This document shows positions 12,659 to 25,755 of a stretch of 64,000 bases of DNA, piece by piece. A model generated the notes under the pieces. It was not told the origin of the DNA. It did no database searches and was given only the letters and a program-made list of their open reading frames with translations. Location: positions 31,188,001-31,252,000 of the forward strand of contig CM119372.1 in NCBI GenBank assembly GCA_051294905.1, read 5' to 3'. The first letter of the stretch is position 1. Every line of letters begins with the position of its first letter. Source of the DNA: Botryllus schlosseri (lineage: Eukaryota). The position numbers and the translations under genes were made by a program.

Positions 12659-15600
12659 AGTAGTTAGTATGATCGCTGGTGACCTGGCAGGGGCTCTTAT
12701 GGGCCCGCTGGTGATGTGCCTGGAAACTCGTGTTGGTGATGGTACCCTTTTGACCCCCCCTTCCGCTCGTGATGTGCCATGTGTTCTTATGGGATCTCTG
12801 GTGATGGTACCCTTTCAGGTATAGGCTGCGTCGGTGATGTGTCGTGAAAACTCGTGTTGGTGATGATACCCTTCCAGACACCCTATCGCTCGTGATGTGC
12901 CATGTATTCTTACGGGATCTCTGGTGATGTGCCATTGTTTCTTATGGTATCTCTGGTGACCGCATCCTTTCAGTTATAGGCTGTAGCGATGTTGCGCCCG
13001 CGGATTCTTGTGTGATAATGTACTACCGTTATAGGTATAGGGATCTCTGGTGAAGTGGTGTTGAATATCAAGTATAGTAAACAGTGACGCCATTACTTAG
13101 TATGTATATTCAAAAATATTATATATGACCGATTCGAGGGAATCCCAACGTTTACGGCGAGTACGACAATGATATATCGTTATTCTTATGGACGCGGCGG
13201 TGATTCGTACTTTCGGGTATAGGCTGCGGGCGGAATGTCGTACTTTCAACAAAAAAGGCGTGAAAATAGTTTGCAAAATCTAGGAATTACTCGCATGGTA
13301 ATGTTTGGGTAATTAGATTACCACAGAGCCGGCGTAGACGGCGATTCGAATATCAACAATAGCCGCGTTCACAAACTAACACTTCAAATAGGTGTGAAAT
13401 AGTTTGCAAAACCCCGCGATCGCTGACAAGATAATGTCTCGGACATAACCATCTTTCGCGGCTTCGTGTTACAGACATGTCGATCGCTCACGCGGTGAAA
13501 TTTTAGTAAGCAGTTTGTCACAGAACTTGATTTCACTCGTAAGATTTAATAAGTAACGAATAACAGACCGCCAGTGTCGGTAACTTGAATAGCGACAAAT
13601 TGTCACTTATTTCTACTCTAACCCTAATCCTTTGTGAAGTGTACGCTTATTCAAAAAGGTGCGAAATAATTCTAAAATCCTACGATCGCGCACAAGATAA
13701 CACCTATAAGACATAACCATCTCTCGTGACTTGTGGTTACATACATCGCAATCGCTACAATGTAATATGTTGGTAGTTGGGTGCAGAACTGGATTTCACG
13801 AGTCTGATATAATAAGAATATTACCTATTAAGTAATAAGCACCGAATAACAGAACCGTCGCAGACGGCGACTTGAATATCCAAGATTTGATACTTTTCGC
13901 GATCGCTATATGTTTCACGTTGACTTTGGTTGCGTGATGCGAATCATGAGAATATTCAATCAATGTGTCAATTTGTCAACTTGAAATGAAACTCACTACA
14001 CAAACCAAGTTGATTCGTATTTGAATGTGTTGATCCGGTACAACTCTAATCCTTTGAGAAATCCATTTACCGCGATCAGTTGATTCGAACGTAACTTGAA
14101 TATTGCTGACTCCAACTTCAGCCGCATCGAATTATTCACACATTCCACGCTGCTGTTTCACACCTATAGAATCAATACCAACTAACTAAACAAGAATCAA
14201 GAATCACAAGTATGCACATACAATAATTGTATTTATTACTGAGAAATCAAACGCTTAACAAAAACACGCAACTTAGCATTTGCCAACTCTAGCATTACCA
14301 AAAAAATCCAGGTATTGTTGATTGAAAATCCTTGAGTCCTTATTATCAAAAATGTTATAGTGCGGCGTCGGAATCCATTCGCGGGATGTACTAAAGGTAA
14401 ATTTGGGTAATTCAAAATGAAATATCTCGACTTTGACATAGTCTGAATTGAAATAAATTGACAAACATGACTACCAACTTTCACCCAGTCACATTTCGAA
14501 ATTATACGCATATTGATTTGAAACAAGTCATGAAATATTACAACTATATTCGCGATCGGACTTTTCGTTTGGTAAAGATAGTTTCAGAAATACTATCACT
14601 ATGACATCTCAACATTTTAACATGTTGCCATCAACAAAAGAGTAAAATACAAAAAACCTTGGCAAGTCAATCCGTTTGTAACTCACCCAACCAAAACAAA
14701 ACGTATCCGTATGAAAAGTAGACAAGACTACGCGAGTAATCACTACAATCCAAAATCCATAGCAAGTTCGGTTGCATTCATAGTCCGCCAACTCGTATTT
14801 TTTATTAAACAGTAAAAGTCGTTACTATTCTGCAACCTAAAGTAATTACTACTCGGTGCGCGCAACTTGAGATTAACATATGTTTTGAGTATATGATATT
14901 TGAATGCCTGACTAAGGTAGTTAAGAATTCATTTCTTGCGATCGAACACCGGTGTTACATTGAAAGTTATCATGTTGTAAACATCCTTATTAACACATTG
15001 GTTTGACATACGAGATTTTGTAATAGTCGATCACGACTTGATTATTAAATTATGACGTAATTAGACCGGGGTTGTGTTGAAAGTTATTACGATACCAACA
15101 AACTTTTCAGAAACATTGTTATTAACATATTGATTTGTAAAACTAGACTTACATGTGCGAAATGTTCTTGATTTGAAAGATATTCCATGTTGGTACAAAT
15201 CACTCTGCGTTACGGATATCAGAAAATATTTTTACAAATGTAATTGTTTCCAGTAACCAAGACTAAAGATGAAACAACAATTTCGTTATTAAAACATTGA
15301 ACACCCGACGCAAAATGCTTTATCGGTCGAATTCGTGACGGCTAATTGAAACGACTACGTATAGAGTCAGTATATCACAATTTCATGTCGTTACTATTGA
15401 ATCCAGCAATTGATACAATTTGTTATCGGAGTTGTGACAGGAATTGAAACATATGCACTTTACAGAGTGTTAAAATATCACTTTTGGATATCGAGCGTCG
15501 TTCGAAGCGTGCGACCAATACTCAATTACATCCACACTCTCTGTCGTAGGCGCTAAATGTAAAATCATTACAAGGTAACACTTCCAGGCTTTGATCACCA

Positions 15601-16088
15601 CAGAAGCGATCTGGAATATCTTCACTGGGTGCACCTTATTCTACAACACTTGGGTAATATACAAAACTCATAGCGGTATTAAAATCGAAATATGTCCTAC
15701 ACTGAAATCTACAAAAATCTGTTTGTATTGTCGTTCATAGTAGTGATACCGATTTGAACCGCCTAAAATAATTGTCATCATCTAACCAGACTACTGAAAG
15801 TCGTTGTCATCACAAAAACAATTCGCCTGCCGTTTGTTAAATGTGTCCTATAGCTAGAATTATTTGTAAAACACACACACACGATCAGAGAAATTAGAAA
15901 TCTTCCTATTGTCATTCGTCAAAGTAGATGTAATTACAGTCACTAAAAGACCTCACTTGTATGTGATTGAATCCCTAGCAATTACCCCACTAAACCGGAT
16001 TCCAAAGAAATTTTACTCACTCGACGGATATGAAACAGCGTCGCGTAATCGGTGTAGATCGTTTTTCTAAAGGTAAATCATATATGTC
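12659..16088 (+). repeat. Left TIR arm (3430 bp)
   Basis: Reverse complement of 17000-20223 apart from scattered substitutions and 206 extra bp (14332-14537). Confidence 0.95.
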
Positions 16089-16182
16089 CAGCAGAAAACA
16101 ATTTTCACTCACCCGGAAAGAAACCGAAGTGTGGGTCGACATTCGATATTTTGTTTGCGAGAAATACTTTGTAATAAACACA

Positions 16183-16537
16183 CTGGAGTGGTTGAGCTTT
16201 AACATCGTCAAGCTGTCATTTGTATCGTTTAATTAACCGACATTTAGCGATTGGTGAACATACCGAACGATACACAGTCACTTCGAAATGTTCCGTTGAT
16301 CGTAATTTCCATCATCGTAATAATCGAAGTACATTTGTTTCAAATCGCTGGAGTGGTTGAGCTTCACATCATCAGACTGCCATCTGTACATCAAGAATAC
16401 ATCCGACTTGTAACTGTATCGTTTACCTAACCGAGTTGTATGCACAGTTTGATATTTAGCGATTGCTGAACATAGCACTTCGAAAGACTGCGTTGATCTC
16501 AATTCCTTTATCGTGATAATCGAAGTACATTTGTTTC
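16183..16537. repeat. Two degenerate tandem units (~165 and ~190 bp) in the central spacer
   Basis: CTGGAGTGGTTGAGCTT at 16183 and 16348; TAATCGAAGTACATTTGTTTC at 16321 and 16517; TTAGCGATTG(G/C)TGAACATA twice. Confidence 0.85.
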
Positions 16538-16999
16538 GATTTCATAAAAACCAACTTTTCTATGACATGATAAATTTTTGAAAAGTTATGCTTAGAAGAT
16601 TGGTTCATCTCGCGAAAAAATAATATACCACTCATATTGATACTGTTACTCCATTGACCGATATTTTCAAACGAGTCGATTTTCAACCGAGCAAAATTTT
16701 TACTTGAGTTGTCCCGCTTACTATATTTAAATGTAAACTCACCCGTCTATCAAAACCACAACAAACAATGATAAAAAGTACACAAGCAAACACAACAAGT
16801 TTTACTTTTGTTGGACACTAATTATTATTCCAAGCATCTCATTTCATACTAAGTGTATATGAAAGATATTCACGACACACGAAAATATTCGATATTCCAT
16901 GCTACGAACATACGCAATGATTGGTGACGCTTTCACACTATTTCGATTTAGTGTAACAAAAACAACAACCTGAGAATCCAAACAATCTTGCAAAATCAA

Positions 17000-19900
17000 G
17001 ACATATATGATTTACCTTTAGAAAAACGATCTACACCGATTACGCGACGCTGTTTCATGTCCGTCGAGTGAGTAAAATTTCTTTGGAATCCGGTTTAGTG
17101 GGGTAATTGCTAGGGATTCAATCACATACAAGTGAGGTCTTTTAGTGACTGTAATTACATCTACTTTGACGAATGACAATAGGAAGATTTCTAATTTCTC
17201 TGATCGTGTGTGTGTGTTTTACAAATAATTCTAGCTATAGGACACATTTAACAAACGGCAGGCGAATTGTTTTTGTGATGACAACGACTTTCAGTAGTCT
17301 GGTTAGATGATGACAATTATTTTAGGCGGTTCAAATCGGTATCACTACTATGAACGACAATACAAACAGATTTTTGTAGATTTCAGTGTAGGACATATTT
17401 CGATTTCAATACCGCTATGAGTTTTGTATATTACCCAAGTGTTGTAGAATAAGGTGCACCCATTGAAGATATTCCAGATCGCTTCTGTGGTGATCAAAGC
17501 CTGGAAGTGTTACCTTGTAATGATTTTACATTTAGCGCCTACGACAGAGAGTGTGGATGTAATTGAGTATTGGTCGCACGCTTCGAACGACGCTCGATAT
17601 CCAAAAGTGATATTTTAACACTCTGTAAAGTGCATATGTTTCAATTCCTGTCACAACTCCGATAACAAATTGTATCAATTGCTGGATTCAATAGTAACGA
17701 CATGAAATTGTGATATACTGACTCTATACGTAGTCGTTTCAATTAGCCGTCACGAATTCGACCAATAAAGCATTTTGCGTCGGGTGTTCAATGTTTTAAT
17801 AACGAAATTGTTGTTTCATCTTTAGTCTTGGTTACTGGAAACAATTACATTTGTAAAAATATTTTCTGATATCCGTAACGCAGAGTGATTTGTACCAACA
17901 TGGACTATCTTTCAAATCAAGAACATTTCGCACATGTAAGTCTAGTTTTACAAATCAATATGTTAATAACAATGTTTCTGAAAAGTTTGTTGGTATCGTA
18001 ATAACTTTCAACACAACCCCGGTCTAATTACGTCATAATTTAATAATCAAGTCGTGATCGACTATTACAAAATCTCGTATGTCAAACCAATGTGTTAATA
18101 AGGATGTTTACAACATGATAACTTTCAATGTAACACCGGTGTTCGATCGCAAGAAATGAATTCTTAACTACCTTAGTCAGGCATTCAAATATCATATACT
18201 CAAAACATATGTTAATCTCAAGTTGCGCGCACCGAGTAGTAATTACTTTAGGTTGCAGAATAGTAACGACTTTTACTGTTTAATAAAAAATACGAGTTGG
18301 CGGACTATGAATGCAACCGAACTTGCTATGGATTTTGGATTGTAGTGATTACTCGCGTAGTCTTGTCTACTTTTCATACGGATACTTTTTGTTTTGGTTG
18401 GGTGAGTTACAAACGGATTGACTTGCCAAGGTTTTTTGTATTTTACTCTTTTGTTGATGGCAACATGTTAAAATGTTGAGATGTCATAGTGATAGTATTT
18501 CTGAAACTATCTTTACCAAACGGAAAGTCCGATCGCGAATATAGTTGTAAGGATTTTCAATCAACAATACCTGGATTTTTTTGGTAATGCTAGAGTTGGC
18601 AAATGCTAAGTTGCGTGTTTTTGTTAAGCGTTTGATTTCTCAGTAATAAATACAATTATTGTATGTGCATACTTGTGATTCTTGATTCTTGTTTAGTTAG
18701 TTGGTATTGATTCTATAGGTGTGAAACAGCAGCGTGGAATGTGTGAATAATTCGATGCGGCTGAAGTTGGAGTCAGCAATATTCAAGTTACGTTCTAATC
18801 AACTGATCGCGGTAAATGGATTTCTCAATGGATTAGAGTTGTACCGGATCAACACATTCAAATACGAATCAACTTGGTTTGTGTAGTGAGTTTCATTTCA
18901 AGTTGACAAATTGACACATTGATTGAATATTCTCATGATTCGCATCACGCAACCAAAGTCAACGTGAAACATATAGCGATCGCGAAAAGTATCAAATCTT
19001 GGATATTCAAGTCGCCGTCTGCGACGGTTCTGTTATTCGGTGCTTATTACTTAATAGGTAATATTCTTATTATATCAGACTCGTGAAATCCAGTTCTGCA
19101 CCAAACTACCAACATATTACATTGTAGCGATAGCGATGTATGTAACCACAAGTCACGAGAGATGGTTATGTCTTATAGGTGTTATCTTGTGCGCGATCGT
19201 AGGATTTTAGAATTATTTCGCACCTTTTTGAATAAGCGTACACTTCACAAAGGATTAGGGTTAGAGTAGAAATAAGTGACAATTTGTCGCTATTCAAGTT
19301 ACCGACACTGGCGGTCTGTTATTCGTTACTTATTAAATCATACGAGTGAAATCAAGTTCTGTGACAAACTGCTTACTAAAATTTCACCGCGTGAGCGATC
19401 GACATGTCTGTAACACGAAGCCGCGAAAGATGGTTATGTCCGAGACATTATCTTGTCAGCGATCGCGGGGTTTTGCAAACTATTTCACACCTATTTGAAG
19501 TGTTAGTTTGTGAACGCGGCTATTGTTGATATTCGAATCGCCGTCTACGCCGGCCCTGTGGTAATCTAATTACCCAAACATTACCATGCGAGTAATTCCT
19601 AGATTTTGCAAACTATTTTCACGCCTTTTTTGTTGAAAGTACGACATTCCGCCCGCGGCCTATACCCGAAAGTACGAATCACCGCCGCGTCCATAAGAAT
19701 AACGATATATCATTGTCGTACTCGCCGTAAACGTTGGGATTCCCTCGAATCGGTCATATATAATATTTTTGAATATACATACTAAGTAATGGCGTCACTG
19801 TTTACTATACTTGACATTCAACACCACTTCACCAGAGATCCCTATACCTATAACGGTAGTACATTATCACACAAGAATCCGCGGGCGCAACATCGCTACA

Positions 19901-20223
19901 GCCTATAACTGAAAGGGTGCGGTCACCAGAGATACCATAAGAAACAATGGCACATCACCAGAGATGCCGTAAGAATACATGGCACATCACGAGCGATAGG
20001 GTGTCTGGAAGGGTATCATCACCAACACGAGTTTTCACGACACATCACCGACGCAGCCTATACCTGAAAGGGTACCATCACCAGAGATCCCATAAGAACA
20101 CATGGCACATCACGAGCGGAAGGGGGGGTCAAAAGGGTACCATCACCAACACGAGTTTCCAGGCACATCACCAGCGGGCCCATAAGAGCCCCTGCCAGGT
20201 CACGAGCGATCATACTAACTACT
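17000..20223 (-). repeat. Right TIR arm (3224 bp)
   Basis: Inverted copy of 12659-16088. The ORF track shows mirror-image ORFs (14609-14791 minus = 18297-18479 plus; 12657-12935 minus ~ 19947-20339 plus). Confidence 0.95.
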
Positions 20224-20555
20224 GTTGTTGCTGCAGTAGGCCTACTACGTGTCAGTTATCTTCATCCGATTGTATATGTTACTGTTGCTGTTCTACGAGT
20301 CAGCTATCCTCATCCGAATCGAACTTTAGCATTTATTAAACTCGTGGAATTAGCTACATGGATGAATTACAACGATTAGCATCCGTATGGATAGCCCATT
20401 AGACAGGCTTCTGTGCCTATAACACTGAGTAACAATTTTGAACGAAAAATTTGTTGACTTTGATTTTGCGCTTGACTTGCTAATTTTGATATGCTGATTC
20501 CAAAAATGCCGCTGGTTTTCTAGTATCATGTCAAGTTTTTCTCTACAGTCTACGA

Positions 20556-22132
20556 CAGGGGTCGGCAACCTTTTGCTACTCGCGGGCCAAATTTTGGGTG
20601 TACGACTATTTGGCGGCCGGAATTTTTTTTAGTACTATATTTTACCTTCACTTCGGTATATTATCCTACATTGCTGCAATCTCAATCATACCATTCAGAA
20701 GACACATGTATTTACACTTCAACAACACAGAATAAATGTGGCAATTGACGCAGCTTGCTTTGTGAAGGGTTTTCAACTTCTGGTAACAAGTCAGATAAAA
20801 CAAGAATCAGACCCTATTCAAAATGGACGCCCGAAATACGTGCTTATAGCTTGCTCTTCGTGAATTTCATTGATCAAAACTCTTGTTCACATGCGTACTC
20901 ACTTCCAAAAATCGATGCAATTTCTTTTGCATTGTTGGTTAAGCTGGGATAAAGACCAATTTCAAGAACGTTCTCTTCGGCAAAGTCATGCAGCGATATG
21001 CTCTTTGTATGAAATATGTCATTCAATTCAACTGCATCGCATTTCAGAAAGGCATATTTGAAATTTAGAGGCAATGGTATTGGCTTCCACATTAAACGGA
21101 GTACTGAATAGTCAAAATTCATTTTATAGAGAAGGCATGTCGGAAAAGCGGGTGAATTCAGTAGTTAAATTTCGTATCCCAGTTACAAATGTAGTGCTGG
21201 TACTAGGTTTTCTCTCCTCCAGTATAGGAAAGTGAGCATAATTTTCTTTGTACTGTTGACATTTCCAGAGTCACAGATTTGTTTTGAATGCGCCTCAACA
21301 TCCCATGTAACTTGTTGTTTTCACTCTGAAGTTGCAAATTCAATTTGTTCAGATGTGACGTTAGATGTACCAGGAAAGCAAGATGAGATACCCATTTTCG
21401 ATTACAAGATTATGAGTCGGCGATATTTGTGTTTTCGAGGAAAGTTGCTATTTCATTTCTCAGTTCATACACTCGTGTAAGCATAGCTGCTCGACTTGAT
21501 GCGCGAACATAACAGATATAGGCCTAAATGAAATCGCCATATTGATTTTCTGCCTGTAGTAATATCTGGCGTTACTGATTCAGTTAATGAGACAAAAATC
21601 ATATTGACAGTTTTCACCATTGTGGCCAAAACACTATTCAGGTTTGTTGTCTTGGCACACAATGCCTTCTAGAAAATTAAACTATAGATAGGCTAACTAA
21701 CATACGGAGGCTAGTTATCTATAATTGAACGAGATTCCGTCATTGCGTCTGAGATGTTCCAAGCGTTTTTGAAGCAAAGGAAGGACATCTTAATGGTCAC
21801 GCCCCATTAGAGTGATAAACCCTTTTAAAAAGTATGGAGCACCTTCGGTTGCGAGATACACCTGATTGATAAGCACTGATCCAGTCTAGTTTATCTCCAT
21901 CTCCTTCTTCAACCACCTTCGTTTTGTGGCGTTACAATAGACTAATACGATGTAGGCTACTATTATATCGTAGCAATACCGCATTTTTTTCATGCAGTGC
22001 TGCACTGCAGATTGAAACTCATCATGAAACGGCGGGCCGTATTCTTGTGATAACTAATTATTATGTCGCGGGCCGGACGATTTCGCTTGGCGGGCCGGAT
22101 CCGGCCCGCGGGCCGTAGGTTGCCGACCCTTG
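20556..22132 (-). mobile_element. Internally deleted hAT (Buster/SPIN-like) transposon with transposase remnants
   Basis: TIR CAGGGGTCGGCAACC / GGTTGCCGACCCTTG; perfect TSD GTCTACGA. Minus-strand fragments CAKTTNLNSVLATMVKTVNMI, RVYELRNEIATFLE and AKEIASIFGSEYACEQEF match hAT motifs (VVKxVNxI; FGSTYxCEQxFS dimerisation domain). Confidence 0.9.
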
Positions 22133-22299
22133 GTCTACGACATATGCCCAAAATATGCAAATTTTCACGAATTCAGCCACGTTGCTTCTCCCTACCATAT
22201 AGAAATCCACCCTTTTATCATATAATAAGTTGTGTAGCCAAGGGGTAAATCGAATTATTAGGAAGGTACTGGTATCGATCTAGGCCGATGCTTTCACCC

Positions 22300-24856
22300 A
22301 TTTTTGGTTAGAGAATGCAATCATCCAAGGTTATTTCAGACACATATGTGATGCAAACTGCAGGATATGGCAAAAAAAAAATAAACATTACATTTACTAT
22401 CAGCTAATGGTCCTATTCCCCATTCAGCTTATCCAGTGTAACTTGAAACTCCCATCAGATCGATAATTTGGACCAAGATGAAGATTTGAGGGATGGCAGG
22501 CCTAATGATGAAGCTTTTGCCATCGAAGGTGATTCAGAAAGTAATAGAGTAGTCCATCAACTAACTAAGTTAAATGATCTGACATAGGCTTTGGGACTTG
22601 GAAGAGAAATATTAGGAACTCGTATCATCCTTGCGAATTGAGAAAAGATTACTTGCCAAGAGAGCGAAGATAGCTCACTTTCGATCATGAGAAACGGCGT
22701 TTTCATCGTAGGGCTACTTTCGGTAGATTTTTGTATTGCCGTAATACTGGCGTTGGCATGATACTGAGGAGATAGGAGTCCAGATTTACAACTCGAGTGA
22801 ATGGCCAATGTATATTGGAAGCTCAAAAAGGATCCTAAAGCGTGACATTATCCCAAATGGTAACGCCTTAGGTGCAGTAACAATTGCACACTCAGTTAGT
22901 TTTCGTGAATAATATAGAAACATTAAGAATAATACAGAAACATTGAATTGTTGCAATGTCACAAGTACTATTGGGATTGCATCATATGTGTCAGCTTTGA
23001 ACTATTGTGTTTCTTGGTCAGACAATAAGAATGCACATGTAACAATGATACACTTGGGCCAATGCCACATGTTTATGTCGGATTGCAGATATTCAAAAAA
23101 GCTGAAATATCTAAATTATTTCTCGGAAAACCTTGGCGTAGTCAGCGATGCGCAAGGAAAAAGCATCCCCCAATATCTGGAGATGATGGGGTAAGATAAT
23201 ATAGTAGATTGGAGCTTACATATGCTAGCTGAATATTGCTCGAGTGTCAAACGAGACAACCCACAGAATTATGAGTTATCAGCGTACATTTGGACCTTGA
23301 AACTCGCACTTATTTGTTCTGTAGAAGCAATATCAGTTTAAATCAGTGGTTCTTAACCTTGCCTCCAGCGCCCCCCCCAAGGGCCGAGTTTGATTTTGAA
23401 GGGGGCGGAAACGCTCAGGGGCGATATGGGGGGCGCTAGGCTCAGGGGGGCGGTACGGGGGGCGCTGAAGCAAAATCGCTTCGCAGTAGATGGTGTAGTA
23501 TAGTAAAACATATCAGTAACGAGTTTTCAGAGCAAATTAAGATTCGACAAAACATGTCAAATCTCGAAATTTTTCGACGATATTTGCTACATATATGTTC
23601 TCTCAAAAATTACACATTAATTTCTGACGGTTCATACAAGTTTTTCACTTTTGTTTTCGCGCCGCGCGCGAATTACCGTTGCCAAATTTTTAATTATTGG
23701 GTACCATCCTCCACGAAAACATACGCATTATTTATCGAAAACAGTAATAGGCATTTCGGCGTAGGCCATTACCACACCACAAGGCACGGAGACATATGAA
23801 GTTTCAGCCAATATGGGACTCCGAGAAATATGCCAAAACATCGTCAGCGAAAAAACATTTCCTGAAAAGAATTGCCCTCGTGTTGACCGTAAATTTCCAT
23901 ATAAATATGTCTGATTGTCCACTTTAAATATCCCGTGCCGAATTGTCATGTCGTGACAATCTGAACCCCACAGGACAAATAACATCCAATAAAGAAAAAT
24001 TATTTGCCATTGAAGAAATACCAATTTTGAATCGTGTGCTTATCTTGGTTTAGTACGTTTACGAGATTTTTTGACTATAATAGCCAGCCGATAACAGCTC
24101 ACAAAATAACAGCATGCAACGAAGTAATTCTACCAACGGGCCCGCCCGAATATATTCAATTATTAATTACGTGCATGCATTGTCCAAGACAACAGCTCAT
24201 TCAAAGATATCGGTAAATCTTTTGGCGTGGGTTGACAGGATAGGAATTGATAGCGATATATATGCAATTACCAATATTCTTGTCCGATTCATTCATCCCT
24301 TATAAAGAAAAAATGTCGCACCTAGGCAACAAGGCCTCATAAAACTTGGCTCAACATCAAAATCACGCGACGCTGGGTCTTGGGGAAAGCTCCACATAAG
24401 TTATGTTTATCACCCTATCGGGGCCCAAGACCAAGGTTTTTGAGGGTGCAAGTGAATTGCTGTTACGGCCTGTCCTTTTACCAATTGATTTTATCACAGT
24501 CTTTAAAATATGGTATGGGGGACGCTAGAACACTGAAAGTTTTGAAAGGGGGCGCTGGAGGAAAAAAGGTTAAAAACCACTGATTTAAATCAACCAAATA
24601 AAGCAGTTGAAATGTTTATTTGGAATCTATTGATTTCCTTTCGACTGCTTGTGGTTTTGAAATGTTTTATACAATAAACGAAAGATATTAAAAGAAGTAC
24701 TTATATGTGAGTTATGGGACAATGGGGTGAGTGCCTAACCCAAAAACTTGTCGTGATGGAAGAAAACGGAAGTAATTTTTTAATTCTGCGTTCAAAAATT
24801 TAGTAAAAATCAAAATTGTCTGATCAAAGTCACCAAAAATGGTGTTTTTACCATTG
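22300..24856 (+). pseudogene. Decayed DNA-transposase remnant, probably CMC/Chapaev3-like, interrupted by a hAT MITE
   Basis: Near 23110-23260 the frames give YFSENLGVVSDAQG... and MLAEYCSSVKR, resembling the NLGxVSDExGERFHQ...MxADYCWxxxR motif. Family assignment is from memory of the motif; boundaries are approximate. Confidence 0.5.
23344..24582. mobile_element. hAT (Charlie-like) non-autonomous element
   Basis: TIR CAGTGGTTCTTAACC / GGTTAAAAACCACTG; TSD GTTTAAAT / ATTTAAAT; GGGGCG subterminal repeats. Confidence 0.85.
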
Positions 24857-25755
24857 TAATCAGCACAGCAGGATTAAATCTGCCGTGCAGCAACAGTTTC
24901 AACAGTTATTGAAGCGAAAATACCTCACGATTTCTCTGGTTACAAATTACAAATTAGGTTACCAACCATTTTGCAAAGCTATCAATCGTCTATATATAGG
25001 GTAGTAATTTTTTATCGGGCGTGTTGTATACGATAGGGTGCACCATAATATTCAATGATATATCACTTTGAGTGTACTTATATAGGGTGTACCAGATTGT
25101 GCAATACAATCGACCAATGACTATGGAAAGGTGAGCTCGCATCGCATCAACCAATCGCAAAATATAAGCTTACTAAATGCTTACAACCGAGGAATTACAT
25201 CATGCCTTGCATTAAATTAGGCTTTGTGCGATTGTGCTGGACTTTGATAGAGGGCCTGCTGAGTCTATATTGCTAATCGAGTCAGAAATAAATCAAAATA
25301 TTCATGCTGATCATATCGATGTTAATTACAAATCAAGACTTTCACTGGATCTACTATAGGCTGATTGATCCGTAATCAAATTTTATAGTAAAGCCTGAAA
25401 CGGTGTAACATTTACAATAAGGTTGACAAGCACTTCTAGAGATAATATTAGCAGTCATTGTTGGAGTAGTTTTACTTGGCATCAGTAATTCTGATATATT
25501 CGGCAACGTCTGGTTTTTACGAGAGATGAACCGACTTAGTGTATATATGTCCAAATCTTTCCCCGATGTAATGTCTAGATCTAAATCATCAAATTTCTTC
25601 GAATACTGCACTGCCCATATCAAAGTTCAAATCCATTTTTTCCAATCCAAATTCATTATCCGGATCGGAGTTTAGACGTTGTCATTCGAAAAATCAATGC
25701 ACCAACTATAAGTTAATGAGGCGTAAAATATGGGTATGCAATTGATGTTAACATG

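Larger units (their letters stand above)
12659..20223. mobile_element. Complete non-autonomous (non-coding) Polinton/Maverick derivative with giant terminal inverted repeats
   Basis: Starts AGTAGTTAGTATGATCG and ends CGATCATACTAACTACT. Perfect 6-bp TSD GTTGTT (12653-12658 and 20224-20229). Arms 12659-16088 and 17000-20223 are near-identical inverted copies. Termini are homologous to the Polinton end at 51751. Confidence 0.95.

Noticed and set aside
12659..20223. Assembly fold-back artefact as the explanation for the giant palindrome
   Set aside because: The arms differ by substitutions and a 206-bp indel, the flanks are unique with an exact 6-bp TSD, and an independent divergent copy exists at 1-3482.
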